From Aquipuribacter sp. SD81 (GTDB lineage: Bacteria; Actinomycetota; Actinomycetes; Actinomycetales; JBBAYJ01): a DNA stretch of 24,000 bases. Both the position numbers and the translations under genes were made by a program. This document shows positions 6,314 through 14,952 of this stretch, one piece after another. How positions within the stretch are numbered: the stretch's first letter is position 1; every line of letters begins with the position of its first letter. The notes beneath the pieces are model-generated. The model saw only the letters and a program-made list of their open reading frames with translations, made no database searches and was not told the DNA's origin. The stretch is taken from assembly GCF_037153975.1 (NCBI RefSeq), contig NZ_JBBAYJ010000021.1, positions 815-24,814 of the forward strand, written 5' to 3'.

Positions 6314-7585
6314 TCACGCTCGGTGCAGCGGGGTGGCCGGGTCGGCGAGCGTGGCGCGGTCCGGCGCCCGGCCCACCGCGCGCCGGGCCTGCGCGGCCTC
6401 GCGCGGCCGGTCGACGGTGAGCACGGCGAGCAGGCGCCCGTCGCGCGACAGCCAGGTCGCGGTGGGGGAGCCGTCGACGTGCTCGCGCCACACGACCCCG
6501 GCGTCGTCCGCCGGCAGCCCGACCAGCTGCACGCGCGCGCCGTGCTGGTCGCTCCACACGTAGGGCACCGGGTCGTGCGCGGGCGTGCCCTCCGGCCCGT
6601 CGAGCAGCACCCGGGCCGCGACGGCCGGCCCGGTCGAGGCCTCCTCCCAGTGCTCGGCCCGCAGCCGCCGCCGCCAGCGCGGGGACCACCGCTCGGCGGC
6701 GTCGCCGACGGCCAGCACCCCGTCCGCGCCGCTGCGCAGGTGCTCGTCCACGAGCACACCCGCGCCGAGCGGGACACCGCTGCCCCGCAGCCAGCCCACC
6801 GTGGGACGCACCCCGACCCCCACGACGACGACGTCGGCCGGCACGAGCGCGCCGTCGGCGAGCAGGACGCCCTCGTCGACGACCCGGTCCACGCGGGTGC
6901 CGGTGCGCAGCCGGACGTCCCGCCACAGCGGGGTGAGCACACGCCTCGCGACGGCCTCGCCGACGGCGGCCCACGCCGGGGCGGGGCCGGCCTCGAGGCA
7001 CGTGACGTCCGCGCCGTGGGCGAGGGCCGCGGTCGCGACCTCGGCGCCGATCCAGCCCGCCCCCACCACGACGACGCGGGCGCCGGGCACGAGGCGGGCG
7101 CGCAGCGCGACGGCGTCCTCCCACGTCCGGACCGCGTGCTGCGGCCCGTCGCCGCGCAGCAGCACGGGTTCCGCGCCGCTGGCCACCACGAGGGCGTCGT
7201 AGCGCTCCTCGCCCGTCGTGCCCGTGCCCGTCGTGCCCGTCGTGCCCGTCGTGCCCGTCGTCGTGGTGACGCGGCGGGCGAGCGGGTCCAGGGCGAGGGC
7301 CCTGGTGCCGGTGCGCACGTCGACGCCCAGGTCGTCGAGGCCGGTGCCGTCGGCGGCCAGGTCCGAGACGGAACCCGCCGGCGACGGCCCGGGCGCGTCG
7401 CCCGGACCGGGCAGCAGCACATGCTTGGACAGCGGCGGCCGGTCGTAGGGCCGGTGCGGCTCGCGGCCCAGCACGACGACCTCACCGACGAAGCCGAGCC
7501 GGCGCACCTCCTGGCAGAGGCGGAGCGCGGCGAGGCCGGCGCCGACGACGAGCAGCCGGCCGTCGGCGGGGAGCAGCGCGGGCAC
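6314..7585 (-). CDS. FAD/NAD(P)-dependent oxidoreductase of the ferredoxin-reductase type (pyridine nucleotide-disulfide oxidoreductase fold plus Reductase_C)
   Basis: Two Rossmann GxGxxG motifs are present (LLVVGAGLAAL, VVVVGAGWIGAE). The C-terminal block VPYVWSDQHGARVQLVG is typical of the reductase C-domain. I prefer the GTG 7585 start, which leaves 8 aa before the first beta-strand. The longest ORF starts at GTG 7630. Confidence 0.85.
   Translation of the reverse strand: MPALLPADGRLLVVGAGLAALRLCQEVRRLGFVGEVVVLGREPHRPYDRPPLSKHVLLPGPGDAPGPSPAGSVSDLAADGTGLDDLGVDVRTGTRALALDPLARRVTTTTGTTGTTGTTGTGTTGEERYDALVVASGAEPVLLRGDGPQHAVRTWEDAVALRARLVPGARVVVVGAGWIGAEVATAALAHGADVTCLEAGPAPAWAAVGEAVARRVLTPLWRDVRLRTGTRVDRVVDEGVLLADGALVPADVVVVGVGVRPTVGWLRGSGVPLGAGVLVDEHLRSGADGVLAVGDAAERWSPRWRRRLRAEHWEEASTGPAVAARVLLDGPEGTPAHDPVPYVWSDQHGARVQLVGLPADDAGVVWREHVDGSPTATWLSRDGRLLAVLTVDRPREAAQARRAVGRAPDRATLADPATPLHRA
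7211..7264 (-). repeat. 9-bp in-frame tandem repeat (GCCCGTCGT on + strand) inside the flavoprotein gene
   Basis: There are five full 9-bp units, the first separated from the other four (which are contiguous) by one 6-bp unit. They encode TTTTGTTGTTGTTGTGTTG on the minus strand. Confidence 0.9.
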
Positions 7586-7775
7586 GCCCCGACCGTAGCG
7601 ACGGCCGCGACGCGCGGCACCCGGCCCCACGGCGGCGCAGGGCGGGGGACGAACCGGGACAGCGGGCGCGGAACCGGCCCGGGTGCCCCGACCGGGGGTC
7701 CGCCGTCAGGGTGAGACGACACGTCGCGCGGGCGGCGGGCTCCTGCGACCGGCAGGTCCGGCCGATCACGTGAGG

Positions 7776-9950
7776 ATGACCCGCTCCGGGGCCCTCGCGT
7801 CCGTCTGCCTGCTCCTCGGGCTGGCCGTGTACGCCGTCCTCGGCCCGGTCCCGCTGGGGTGGGTGGACCTCTACGTGGTCGTGTCCGGCGGCGCCGTCGC
7901 GCTGGGCTGGTGGCAGCTGGAGCGGCGGGCGCCGCAGCAGCCGTGGGCGTGGCGCTGGCTGCTCGCGGGCTACACGGCCTGGGTCGTGGGGGACCTGGTG
8001 TGGACCTGGGAGAACGGGCCGGACGGTCCGCAGTGGTTCCCCGGCGTCGCCGACGTGCTGTACCTGCTGGGCTACGTGGGGCTGGGCGCGGGTGCGATGG
8101 TCATGGTGCGGGTCCGGGCGACCGCGCGCGACCGGACCGCGGTCCTCGACGCCGTCGTCGTCGCGGTGGGCGTCGCGGTCCCCACCGTCGCCTTCCTCGT
8201 GCAGCCCGCCGCGGCCGACGCCGACCTGTCGACGGCCGGCAAGGTCGTCGCGTCGGCGTACCCGCTGCTCGACGTCTTCCTGCTCGCGGTCCTCGCCCGC
8301 CTGCTCACGACACCCGGTGCCCGCACGCCCGCCTTCGGGCTGCTCGCGGGCTCGCTCGTGCTCACCTTCTGCGCCGACGCCGCGTGGAACGCCGGCGTGG
8401 TCCTGCGCGGCGACGACTTCGTGAGCCGCTGGACCGACGTCGGGTGGCTCGCCGCCTACTCGATGCTCACGGTGGCCGTCGGCAGCCGCGGCCTGCACGA
8501 CCTCGCGGAGCGGCAGCCGGGCCGTCAGGGTGACGCGCGCCTGCGCCTCGTCGCGCTCGGTGCCGCCTCCGCCCTGCCCGGCCTCACCCTCGCGGCGGGG
8601 GCCGCCCTCGGCCGCGAGGTCGCGTGGTGGCCCGTCGCGGCCGGGGTCGTCGTGCTGTCGAGCCTCGTGCTCGCCCGCATGGCCGGCATGCTCGAGCGGG
8701 TACGGGCCCAGGCCGTGCAGCTGTCGGCCCTGGCCCGGGTGGACGGGCTGACCGGCGCACCCAACCGCCGGACGTGGGACCACGAGCTGTCACGCGCGTG
8801 CGCGCACGCGGCCGAGCACCGCGAGCCGCTGGCCGTCGGGCTGCTCGACCTCGACCGCTTCAAGCGCTACAACGACCGCCACGGCCACCAGGCAGGGGAC
8901 CGGCTGCTCGTGGCCGCGGTCAGCGCGTGGTCGGACGCCCTGCCCGAGCGCGCGATGCTCGCCCGCTACGGCGGGGAGGAGTTCGCCGTGCTGCTGCCCG
9001 GTCTCGACCTCGAGGCGGGGCGGCTCGCGGTGGACCGGCTGCGGGGCACGACCCCGCAGGGGCAGACGTTCTCCGCGGGCGTGGCCGCCTGGCTGCCCGG
9101 CACCGAGCCGGGGGCGGCGGTCGCGGCCGCCGACGCCGCCCTGTACGAGGCGAAGCGCCGGGGCCGCGACCGTGTCGTCGCCGACCCCGCCGCCGTCCGC
9201 GCGGGTGGGCTGCCGCGGTGGGCGGAGGGGGCGCGGGTGGTGCTGCAGCCCGTGGTCGACGCCCGCGACGGCCGCGTCATCGGGCACGAGGCGCTCGCGC
9301 GCCTGCCCGGCCTGCCCGACGTGGCCGGCGCGCTCCTCGGCGCGCACGAGGACGGTGTGGGCGACCTCGTCGAGGCGCACCTCGTGCGGCTGGCGCTGCA
9401 GGTGCCGGGCCGGCCGCCCGGCACGAGCCTGTTCGTCAACGTGTCACCGGCCGCGGTCGCGTCCCGGCGGTTCTGGGACGGGCTGCCCGCCGACCTCGAC
9501 GGCGTCGTCGTCGAGCTCGTCGAGGAGCACGTCGGCCGGGACTGGTCGACGCAGCGGCGCGCGGTGCAGGCGCTGCGCGAGCGCGGCGCGCGGATCGCGG
9601 TGGACGACCTCGGGGCCGGCTCCGGCGACCTCGGTCGCGTCCTCGCGGTGCGACCGGACGTCGTCAAGGTCGACCGGGGCGTCGTGCACGGCTGCCACGC
9701 CGACGAGGCGCGCCTGGAGCTCGTCCGCCTCGTCGTGCAGCTCGCGGCGGCGGTGGGCGCCCGGGTGTGCGCGGAGGGCGTCGAGGACGACGCCGACCTC
9801 GAGGTGCTCCGCGAGGTCGGGGTGCAGCTGGTGCAGGGCTACCACCTGGGCGTGCCGTCACCCCGCTGGGTCACCGGCCCCGTCGTCCCGGGTGGTGCGG
9901 CGGGCGGCGAGGGCCCCGTCGGCGACCCGCTCGCGCACGCGTCGACGTAG
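7776..9950 (+). CDS. Membrane-anchored GGDEF-EAL protein (diguanylate cyclase/c-di-GMP phosphodiesterase)
   Basis: ATG 7776 (alternative GTG 7770). About 300 aa of multi-pass hydrophobic N-terminus precede the GGDEF domain (DGLTGAPNRR...RYGGEEFAVLL). The EAL domain shows GHEALARL, FVNVSP, AVDDLGAGSG, VKVDRGVV, AEGVEDD and QGYHLGVP. No RxxD I-site is visible upstream of GGEEF. Confidence 0.9.
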   Translation: MTRSGALASVCLLLGLAVYAVLGPVPLGWVDLYVVVSGGAVALGWWQLERRAPQQPWAWRWLLAGYTAWVVGDLVWTWENGPDGPQWFPGVADVLYLLGYVGLGAGAMVMVRVRATARDRTAVLDAVVVAVGVAVPTVAFLVQPAAADADLSTAGKVVASAYPLLDVFLLAVLARLLTTPGARTPAFGLLAGSLVLTFCADAAWNAGVVLRGDDFVSRWTDVGWLAAYSMLTVAVGSRGLHDLAERQPGRQGDARLRLVALGAASALPGLTLAAGAALGREVAWWPVAAGVVVLSSLVLARMAGMLERVRAQAVQLSALARVDGLTGAPNRRTWDHELSRACAHAAEHREPLAVGLLDLDRFKRYNDRHGHQAGDRLLVAAVSAWSDALPERAMLARYGGEEFAVLLPGLDLEAGRLAVDRLRGTTPQGQTFSAGVAAWLPGTEPGAAVAAADAALYEAKRRGRDRVVADPAAVRAGGLPRWAEGARVVLQPVVDARDGRVIGHEALARLPGLPDVAGALLGAHEDGVGDLVEAHLVRLALQVPGRPPGTSLFVNVSPAAVASRRFWDGLPADLDGVVVELVEEHVGRDWSTQRRAVQALRERGARIAVDDLGAGSGDLGRVLAVRPDVVKVDRGVVHGCHADEARLELVRLVVQLAAAVGARVCAEGVEDDADLEVLREVGVQLVQGYHLGVPSPRWVTGPVVPGGAAGGEGPVGDPLAHAST

Positions 9951-10777
9951 GCCGCCGCCGCGCCCTCGTCGAGACCGCCGCGCGCCCGAGCGCCGAAGGT
10001 CTCCACGAGGCCCGCCACGACCACCTCGCGGTAGCGGGGCGACGGCGGGCGCGCCGGCAGCCGGGCGGCCGCGGGCGAGGTGAAGGTGAGGGCAGGCTCG
10101 CCCTCGAGGCTCCCGGCGAGCACGAGGCGGCCGTACCAGCCGTCGAGCACGGTCGCGGACCCGTCGCGCAGGACGGCGTCGTCCCAGGGCGCGCGCCGCC
10201 GCTGCGGCACGGCGGCGCGGCTGCCCTCGAGGTGGACGACCTCGAGGTACTGCCCGAGGGTGACCCGCCACGCCCGCGCGAGCACACCCGGCCCCGGGGC
10301 ACCCTCGTCCCAGAAGCACACCCCGCCGCCGCCCCACGCGGGCGCGTCGCCGGCGAGGCGGAGCCGGCCGGGCAGCACGACGGCGCGGTCCGCCCCCGCC
10401 GGGGCCGTGCCCGGTCCGCCCGGGTACACGACGTCGAGCCCGGGCAGGGTCCCGCCCAGCAGGTACCGCTCGAAGCGTCCGCGCAGCAGGTTCGAGCCGT
10501 AGGACACGTACCAGACGTGCCCCGGCGTCTCGGCAGGCTCGGCCGCCTCGGCCGCCTCGCGGTGTCCCTCCGCGCGGCGCCACGGCCCCGGACGCAGGAC
10601 CTCGACGTCGGGGGCCGCGACCGCCCGGGCGACGGCGGAGCCCGCCGCGGGCCCGAGCGCGTCCTGGTCCCGGTCCCCGTCCGGTCCGCGCGCCCTCAGC
10701 CGCCCGCCCCGCCCGCGAGCGTCGCCAGCACGGGTCCGTGCAGGTGCCCGTTCGTCGCGACGGCGTCGCCGCCCCAC
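9839..10777 (-). CDS. Gamma-glutamylcyclotransferase (GGCT/AIG2)-like protein; start uncertain
   Basis: GC3-saturated frame. The block [19 protein letters not shown] matches the YGSN(L/M) N-terminal strand-loop motif of GGCT-fold enzymes. The in-frame start options are GTG 10777 (82-bp overlap with hisN), CTG 10699 (overlapping the hisN stop as CTGA), CTG 10597 or GTG 10507. The 3' end overlaps the GGDEF-EAL gene by 112 bp. Confidence 0.5.
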   Translation of the reverse strand: MGRRRRRDERAPARTRAGDARGRGGRLRARGPDGDRDQDALGPAAGSAVARAVAAPDVEVLRPGPWRRAEGHREAAEAAEPAETPGHVWYVSYGSNLLRGRFERYLLGGTLPGLDVVYPGGPGTAPAGADRAVVLPGRLRLAGDAPAWGGGGVCFWDEGAPGPGVLARAWRVTLGQYLEVVHLEGSRAAVPQRRRAPWDDAVLRDGSATVLDGWYGRLVLAGSLEGEPALTFTSPAAARLPARPPSPRYREVVVAGLVETFGARARGGLDEGAAAAYVDACASGSPTGPSPPAAPPGTTGPVTQRGDGTPRW

Positions 10778-11517
10778 GGCCCGTCCTCACCGGCGAGGGA
10801 GGTGAAGCGGCCACCGGCCTCGGTGACGACCGGCACGAGCGCGGCCATGTCGTGCAGCGCGAGCTCGGGCTCGCACGCGACGTCGACCGCACCCTCGGCG
10901 AGCAGCATGTACGACCAGAAGTCGCCGTACGCGCGGGTGCGCCAGCACCGCTGGGACAGCTCGAGGAAGGCGGGCAGCATGCCGCGGCCCTCCCAGCCCG
11001 ACAGCGACGAGTACGACAGCGACGCGTCGGACAGGTGGTCGACGCCGGAGACCCGCAGCGGGCGCGCGGTGGACAGGCTGCGACCGGTGAAGGCCCCGAG
11101 CCCCTTCGCGGCCCACCAGCGCCGGCTCAACGCCGGGGCGGACACGACCCCGACGACCGGGGTGCGGTCGTCGACGAGCGCGATGAGCGTCGCCCACACC
11201 GGCACGCCCCGCACGAAGTTCTTCGTGCCGTCGATCGGGTCGAGCACCCACTGGCGCCGGCCGTGACCGGTCGGCTCGAGCTCCTCCCCGACGACCATGT
11301 CGCGCGGGCGGGCGCGCTGCAGCAGGGAGCGCATCGCGCGCTCCGCGTCGGTGTCGGCCTCCGTGACGGGGGTGAGGTCGGGCTTGGTCCGCACCTGCAG
11401 GTCCGCGGCGCCGAACCGCTGCATGGTGAGCGCGTCCACCTGGTCCGCGAGCGACAGGGCGAGGCGCAGGTCGTCGTCCCAGCCCTTCTGGCGGTCCGTG
11501 CTCGCGGTGCTCGTCAT
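10696..11517 (-). CDS. hisN: Histidinol-phosphatase, inositol-monophosphatase family (actinobacterial HisN)
   Basis: ATG 11517. It is near-colinear with my recollection of mycobacterial/corynebacterial HisN. Matching blocks are [70 protein letters not shown] and VATNG.LH. Confidence 0.88.
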   Translation of the reverse strand: MTSTASTDRQKGWDDDLRLALSLADQVDALTMQRFGAADLQVRTKPDLTPVTEADTDAERAMRSLLQRARPRDMVVGEELEPTGHGRRQWVLDPIDGTKNFVRGVPVWATLIALVDDRTPVVGVVSAPALSRRWWAAKGLGAFTGRSLSTARPLRVSGVDHLSDASLSYSSLSGWEGRGMLPAFLELSQRCWRTRAYGDFWSYMLLAEGAVDVACEPELALHDMAALVPVVTEAGGRFTSLAGEDGPWGGDAVATNGHLHGPVLATLAGGAGG

Positions 11518-11577
11518 GGTCGCGACCCTAGCCACCGGTCGGCGGCGACCGGGCGCGTCGCGACCGGCACGTCCTCG

Positions 11578-11583
11578 TAGGCT
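11578..11583 (+). promoter_or_regulatory. Candidate -10 hexamer TAGGCT placing a transcription start at or next to the GTG of the DUF2087 gene (leaderless mRNA)
   Basis: The TAnnnT hexamer ends 7 nt before GTG 11591 and no Shine-Dalgarno is present. A 7-bp-stem inverted repeat CCGGTCG/CGACCGG (11535-11552) lies just upstream in the 73-bp divergent region shared with hisN. Confidence 0.3.
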
Positions 11584-11590
11584 CGCCGCC

Positions 11591-11971
11591 GTGGCGCACG
11601 AGGACCCCGACGCGCAGCCCGCCCGCTGGGCGGCCCGGCAGGACGACCGCAGGCGCGGGCCGGTGCTGCGCGCGTTCTTCGACGCCGACGGGCGCCTGCT
11701 GCAGGTCCCCGCGAAGCACACCAAGCGCCTGCTCGTGCTCGACGTGCTCGCCCAGGAGTTCGTGCCCGGTGAGCGCTACCCCGAGACCGAGGTCAACAAC
11801 CGGCTGCGGGCCTACCACGACGACGTCGCCGCGCTGCGGCGCTACCTCGTGGAGAACCTCTTCCTCGCCCGCGAGGCGGGGGTGTACTGGCGGACGGGTG
11901 GCTCGGTCGAGCTCGAGGAGCCCGAGGGCCCCGAGGGCCCCGAGGGTCGCGCGACCGGACGTCAGTCGTAG
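11591..11971 (+). CDS. DUF2087-domain protein
   Basis: GTG 11591. The block [73 protein letters not shown] matches the DUF2087 pattern as I recall it. The tail carries an [10 protein letters not shown] 9-bp repeat (11921-11947). The stop overlaps the rsgA stop region by 10 bp. Confidence 0.72.
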   Translation: MAHEDPDAQPARWAARQDDRRRGPVLRAFFDADGRLLQVPAKHTKRLLVLDVLAQEFVPGERYPETEVNNRLRAYHDDVAALRRYLVENLFLAREAGVYWRTGGSVELEEPEGPEGPEGRATGRQS

Positions 11972-13014
11972 GTCTCCGCCGCCGCGCGGAGCGCCCCGAG
12001 CAGCCGGCGGTAGCTCTCCAGTCGCGCCGGGGAGCTGTGCCCGGCCGCGACCCACGCGTCCAGGCCGCACTCCTCCTCGTCGTGGCTGCACCCGCGGGGG
12101 CACTCGTCGGTGCCGTCGGCGAGATCGGGGAAGGCGCGCAGCAGCTCGTCCGGCCCGACGTGGGCGAGCCCGAAGGAGCGGATGCCGGGCGTGTCCACCG
12201 CCCAGCCGCCCGTCGCGAGCGGCAGCACGATGGCGGACGTCGACGTGTGCCGACCCTTCCCGGTCGTCTCGCTCACGGTGCTCACCGCCCGGTACGCGCC
12301 CGGGGACAGCTCGTTGACGAGGGTGGACTTGCCCACCCCGGACGGACCGACCAGCGCGGTGACGCGCCCGGCGAGTGCCCCGCGCACCGCGTCGAGACCG
12401 CACCAGCCCTCCCGGCTCACGCCGAGCACGCGGAGGCCGAGGTCGGAGTAGGCGGTGACGAGGTCCACGGGGTCGGCGAGGTCCGTCTTCGTCACGACGA
12501 GCAGCGGGTCGACGCCGGCGTCCCACGCGGCCACGAGCGCGCGGTCGACCAGCCGCGGGTTCGGCTGCGGGTCGGCCGCGGCCACGACGAGGCAGACCTG
12601 GTCGGCGTTGGCGACGACGACCCGCTCGACGGGGTCGGTGTCGTCGGCGCTGCGCCGCAGCGCGCTCGTGCGCTCCTCGACGCGGACGAGGCGGGCCAGG
12701 CTGTTCTCCCCGCCGCTGGTGTCGCCGACGAGGCCCACCCGGTCGCCGACCGCGACGTCACCCGGGCGCAGCGCCCGGGCCCGCATCGCCGTCACCTCGA
12801 GCGCGTCGGGCGGGGCGTCGGCGGTGCGCCCGTCGGTGTGCTCCGGCGCCGGCACGAGGCACGTGTAGCGGCCCCGGTCCACCGTCGTCACCCAGCCGGT
12901 GAGCGCGTCGCGGTGGGCGGGCCGGTCCTTGGTGCGGGGCCGGGTCCCGCGGCGCGGGGGCCGGGACCGCGCGTCGGACTCGTCCCACGACGCCGTGCTG
13001 CGCCGGCGGACCAC
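11962..13014 (-). CDS. rsgA: Ribosome small-subunit-dependent GTPase A
   Basis: GTG 13014 lies 7 nt after the aroA stop. The N-terminal OB region is WDESDARSRPPRRGTRPRTKDRPAH...VDRGRYTC. The permuted GTPase motifs are VTKTDL and GPSGVGKSTLVNEL. The C-terminal Zn cluster is CPRGCSHDEEECG. Confidence 0.92.
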   Translation of the reverse strand: MVRRRSTASWDESDARSRPPRRGTRPRTKDRPAHRDALTGWVTTVDRGRYTCLVPAPEHTDGRTADAPPDALEVTAMRARALRPGDVAVGDRVGLVGDTSGGENSLARLVRVEERTSALRRSADDTDPVERVVVANADQVCLVVAAADPQPNPRLVDRALVAAWDAGVDPLLVVTKTDLADPVDLVTAYSDLGLRVLGVSREGWCGLDAVRGALAGRVTALVGPSGVGKSTLVNELSPGAYRAVSTVSETTGKGRHTSTSAIVLPLATGGWAVDTPGIRSFGLAHVGPDELLRAFPDLADGTDECPRGCSHDEEECGLDAWVAAGHSSPARLESYRRLLGALRAAAETYD

Positions 13015-13021
13015 GGGGCCC

Positions 13022-14350
13022 TCAGACCCCGTCGCCCGCGAGCATCGCCGTCCACATGCCGACGAAGTCCGGCAGGGTCTTGGCGGTCGTCGCGACGTCC
13101 TCGACGACGACGCCCGGCACGGCGAGCCCGACGAGCGCGCCGGTCGTCGCCATCCGGTGGTCGGCGTAGGACAGCCAGCGCCCGCCGTGCAGCGGCCGCG
13201 GGGAGATGCGGAGCCCGTCCTCGAGGACCTCGACGTCGCCGCCGAGGCGGTTGATCTCGTCGGCGAGGGCCTGCAGCCGGTCGGTCTCGTGGCCGCGCAG
13301 GTGCCCGATGCCGCGCAGGCGCGACGGCGACACCGCGAGGGCGGCGAGCCCGGCGACGGTCGGGGTGACCTCACCCGCGTCGTGCAGGTCGACGTCGACG
13401 CCGTAGACCGCCCCGTCCCCGGCGACGGTGAGGCCGTCGCGGTCCAGGCGGACGTCGGCACCCATGGCGTCGAGCACGTCGCGCAGCGTGTCGCCGGCCT
13501 GCGTCGTGTGCTGCGGCCAGCCCGGCACCCGCACGGTCCCGCCCGTGGCCAGCGCCGCGGCGATGAAGGGGCCGGCGTTCGACAGGTCCGGCTCGACGTC
13601 GACGTCGAGGCCGCCGACCGGGCCCGGCGCCACCCGCCACACCGACTCCTCGGAGTCGTCGACGACGACGCCGACGTCGCGGAGGTTCTCCACCGTCATG
13701 GCGACGTGCGGCCGGGACGGCACGTCCGCGCCGACGTGGCGGACCGTGAGCCCGTCGCGCATGCGCGGCGCCGCGAGCAGCAGGCCGGACAGGAACTGGC
13801 TGGACGCGCTCGCGTCCAGGTCGACCGCGCCGCCGGTGGGCACCGGCCCGGCGTGGACGGTCGCGGGGAAGCCGCCGCCGGTGTCCTCGACGTGCACGCC
13901 CAGGTCGCGCAGCGCCTGCAGCAGGGGCGCGACGGGCCGCTCGTGCAGCCGCGGGTCGCCGTGCAGGTGCGCGGTGCGGCCGGAGACCGCGACGACGGCC
14001 GGAAGGAAGCGCATGACGGTGCCGGCGAGGCCGCAGTCGACGTCGACGGGCGCCGTGTCCGTCCCGGGGCCGTCCTCGGGCCGGGGCAGCGGCGTCACGA
14101 CCCAGTCCGGCGGGCCGTCGGGGTCGCTCGTGGACGGCTCGTCGACGACCGACGCGCCCAGCCGCCGCAGCGCCTCCGCCATGAGCAGCGTGTCGCGCGA
14201 ACGCAGCGGCCGGCGCAGGCGCGACGGCTCGTCGGCGAGCGCCGCGAGGACGAGGTAGCGGTTGGTGAGCGACTTGGAGCCGGGCAGGCGGACCGTCGCG
14301 TCGACCGGGCGGCCGGGCGTGGGTGCCGGCCAGTCGGGCGAGGGCGGCAC
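13022..14350 (-). CDS. aroA: 3-phosphoshikimate 1-carboxyvinyltransferase (EPSP synthase)
   Basis: GTG 14350 lies 2 nt after the DoxX-gene stop. The motifs LPGSKSLTNRYLVLAALA, RDTLLMAEALRRLG and GDHRMATTGALVGL are diagnostic of AroA. Confidence 0.93.
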   Translation of the reverse strand: MPPSPDWPAPTPGRPVDATVRLPGSKSLTNRYLVLAALADEPSRLRRPLRSRDTLLMAEALRRLGASVVDEPSTSDPDGPPDWVVTPLPRPEDGPGTDTAPVDVDCGLAGTVMRFLPAVVAVSGRTAHLHGDPRLHERPVAPLLQALRDLGVHVEDTGGGFPATVHAGPVPTGGAVDLDASASSQFLSGLLLAAPRMRDGLTVRHVGADVPSRPHVAMTVENLRDVGVVVDDSEESVWRVAPGPVGGLDVDVEPDLSNAGPFIAAALATGGTVRVPGWPQHTTQAGDTLRDVLDAMGADVRLDRDGLTVAGDGAVYGVDVDLHDAGEVTPTVAGLAALAVSPSRLRGIGHLRGHETDRLQALADEINRLGGDVEVLEDGLRISPRPLHGGRWLSYADHRMATTGALVGLAVPGVVVEDVATTAKTLPDFVGMWTAMLAGDGV

Positions 14351-14352
14351 GG

Positions 14353-14952
14353 TCAGTCGTCGTCCCCCGCCCGCTTGCGCAGCTTGGCCTCGGCCTTCTC
14401 GGCCTTCGCCTGCACCTTGGCGGCGCGCGCCTCGACCTTGGCGGCGGCCTTGGCCTGCGCGGCCGCCTCCTTCTCGACGGCCTTGCTGTGCTTCTCCCGG
14501 GCGGCCGCCTTCGCCTCGGCCTTGCGGGCCTTCTTCGCCTTGCGCACCGCGCGCTCCTGCGCGTACGGCGCGTCGGCGACGAGCAGCAGCCCGCCGAGCA
14601 GCCCCACGTTGGTGAGGAAGCGCGCGCGCTCGGTCTTCTGCTCCTCCTTGGGGTGCTCCCAGAAGGCGTGCTCGGCGTACGTGGTGGGCACGAGCGAGGC
14701 GGCGAGGGCGAGCGCGGAGGTCCGCGGCGCGACGCCCGTGGCGAGCCCCAGGCCGCCGGCCACCTGCACCCCGCCGTTGACCCGGGTGAGGAGCACGGGG
14801 TCGTCGGGGGTGCCGAAGCGCTCCGCCGCGGCTGTGGAGAGCCGCGCGGCACGCTTGGCGTGCAGGTCGGGGTTGCGCAGCGCGTCGACCCCGGAGGAGA
14901 CGAACACGGCGGCCAGCAGCGGGCGAGCGATCCGTCGGAACATGGCGCTCAT
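14353..14952 (-). CDS. DoxX-family membrane protein with a C-terminal Lys/Ala/Glu-rich tail
   Basis: ATG 14952 (MSAMFRR; alternative ATG 14943). The DoxX-like helices are ARPLLAAVFVSSGVDAL, VNGGVQVAGGLGLATG, ALALAASLVPTTYAEHAFW and FLTNVGLLGGLLLVA. A ~65-aa tail RKAKKARKAEAKAAAREKHSKAVEKEAAAQAKAAAKVEARAAKVQAKAEKAEAKLRKRAGDDD follows. Confidence 0.8.
   Translation of the reverse strand: MSAMFRRIARPLLAAVFVSSGVDALRNPDLHAKRAARLSTAAAERFGTPDDPVLLTRVNGGVQVAGGLGLATGVAPRTSALALAASLVPTTYAEHAFWEHPKEEQKTERARFLTNVGLLGGLLLVADAPYAQERAVRKAKKARKAEAKAAAREKHSKAVEKEAAAQAKAAAKVEARAAKVQAKAEKAEAKLRKRAGDDD

Noticed and set aside
5923-7722. 599-aa ORF on the minus strand, together with similar long ORFs at 386-1783 (-), 6323-7714 (+), 3739-4470 (-) and 20044-21660 (-)
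   Set aside because: These are shadow frames of real genes in GC3-saturated DNA. Their translations are Arg/Pro/Ala/Gly/Ser-rich with no motifs, and they run antisense or out of frame to ORFs that carry clear family signatures.
8624-11266. 880-aa (+) ORF, and the 1006-aa (+) ORF at 12899-15919
   Set aside because: Both are chimeric read-through frames. The first is out of frame with the GGDEF-EAL gene and antisense to the GGCT-like and hisN genes. Only the last 813 nt of the second (15107-15919, the SRAP gene) are genuine. The rest is antisense to aroA and doxX and reads as low-complexity Arg/Gly/Ala.
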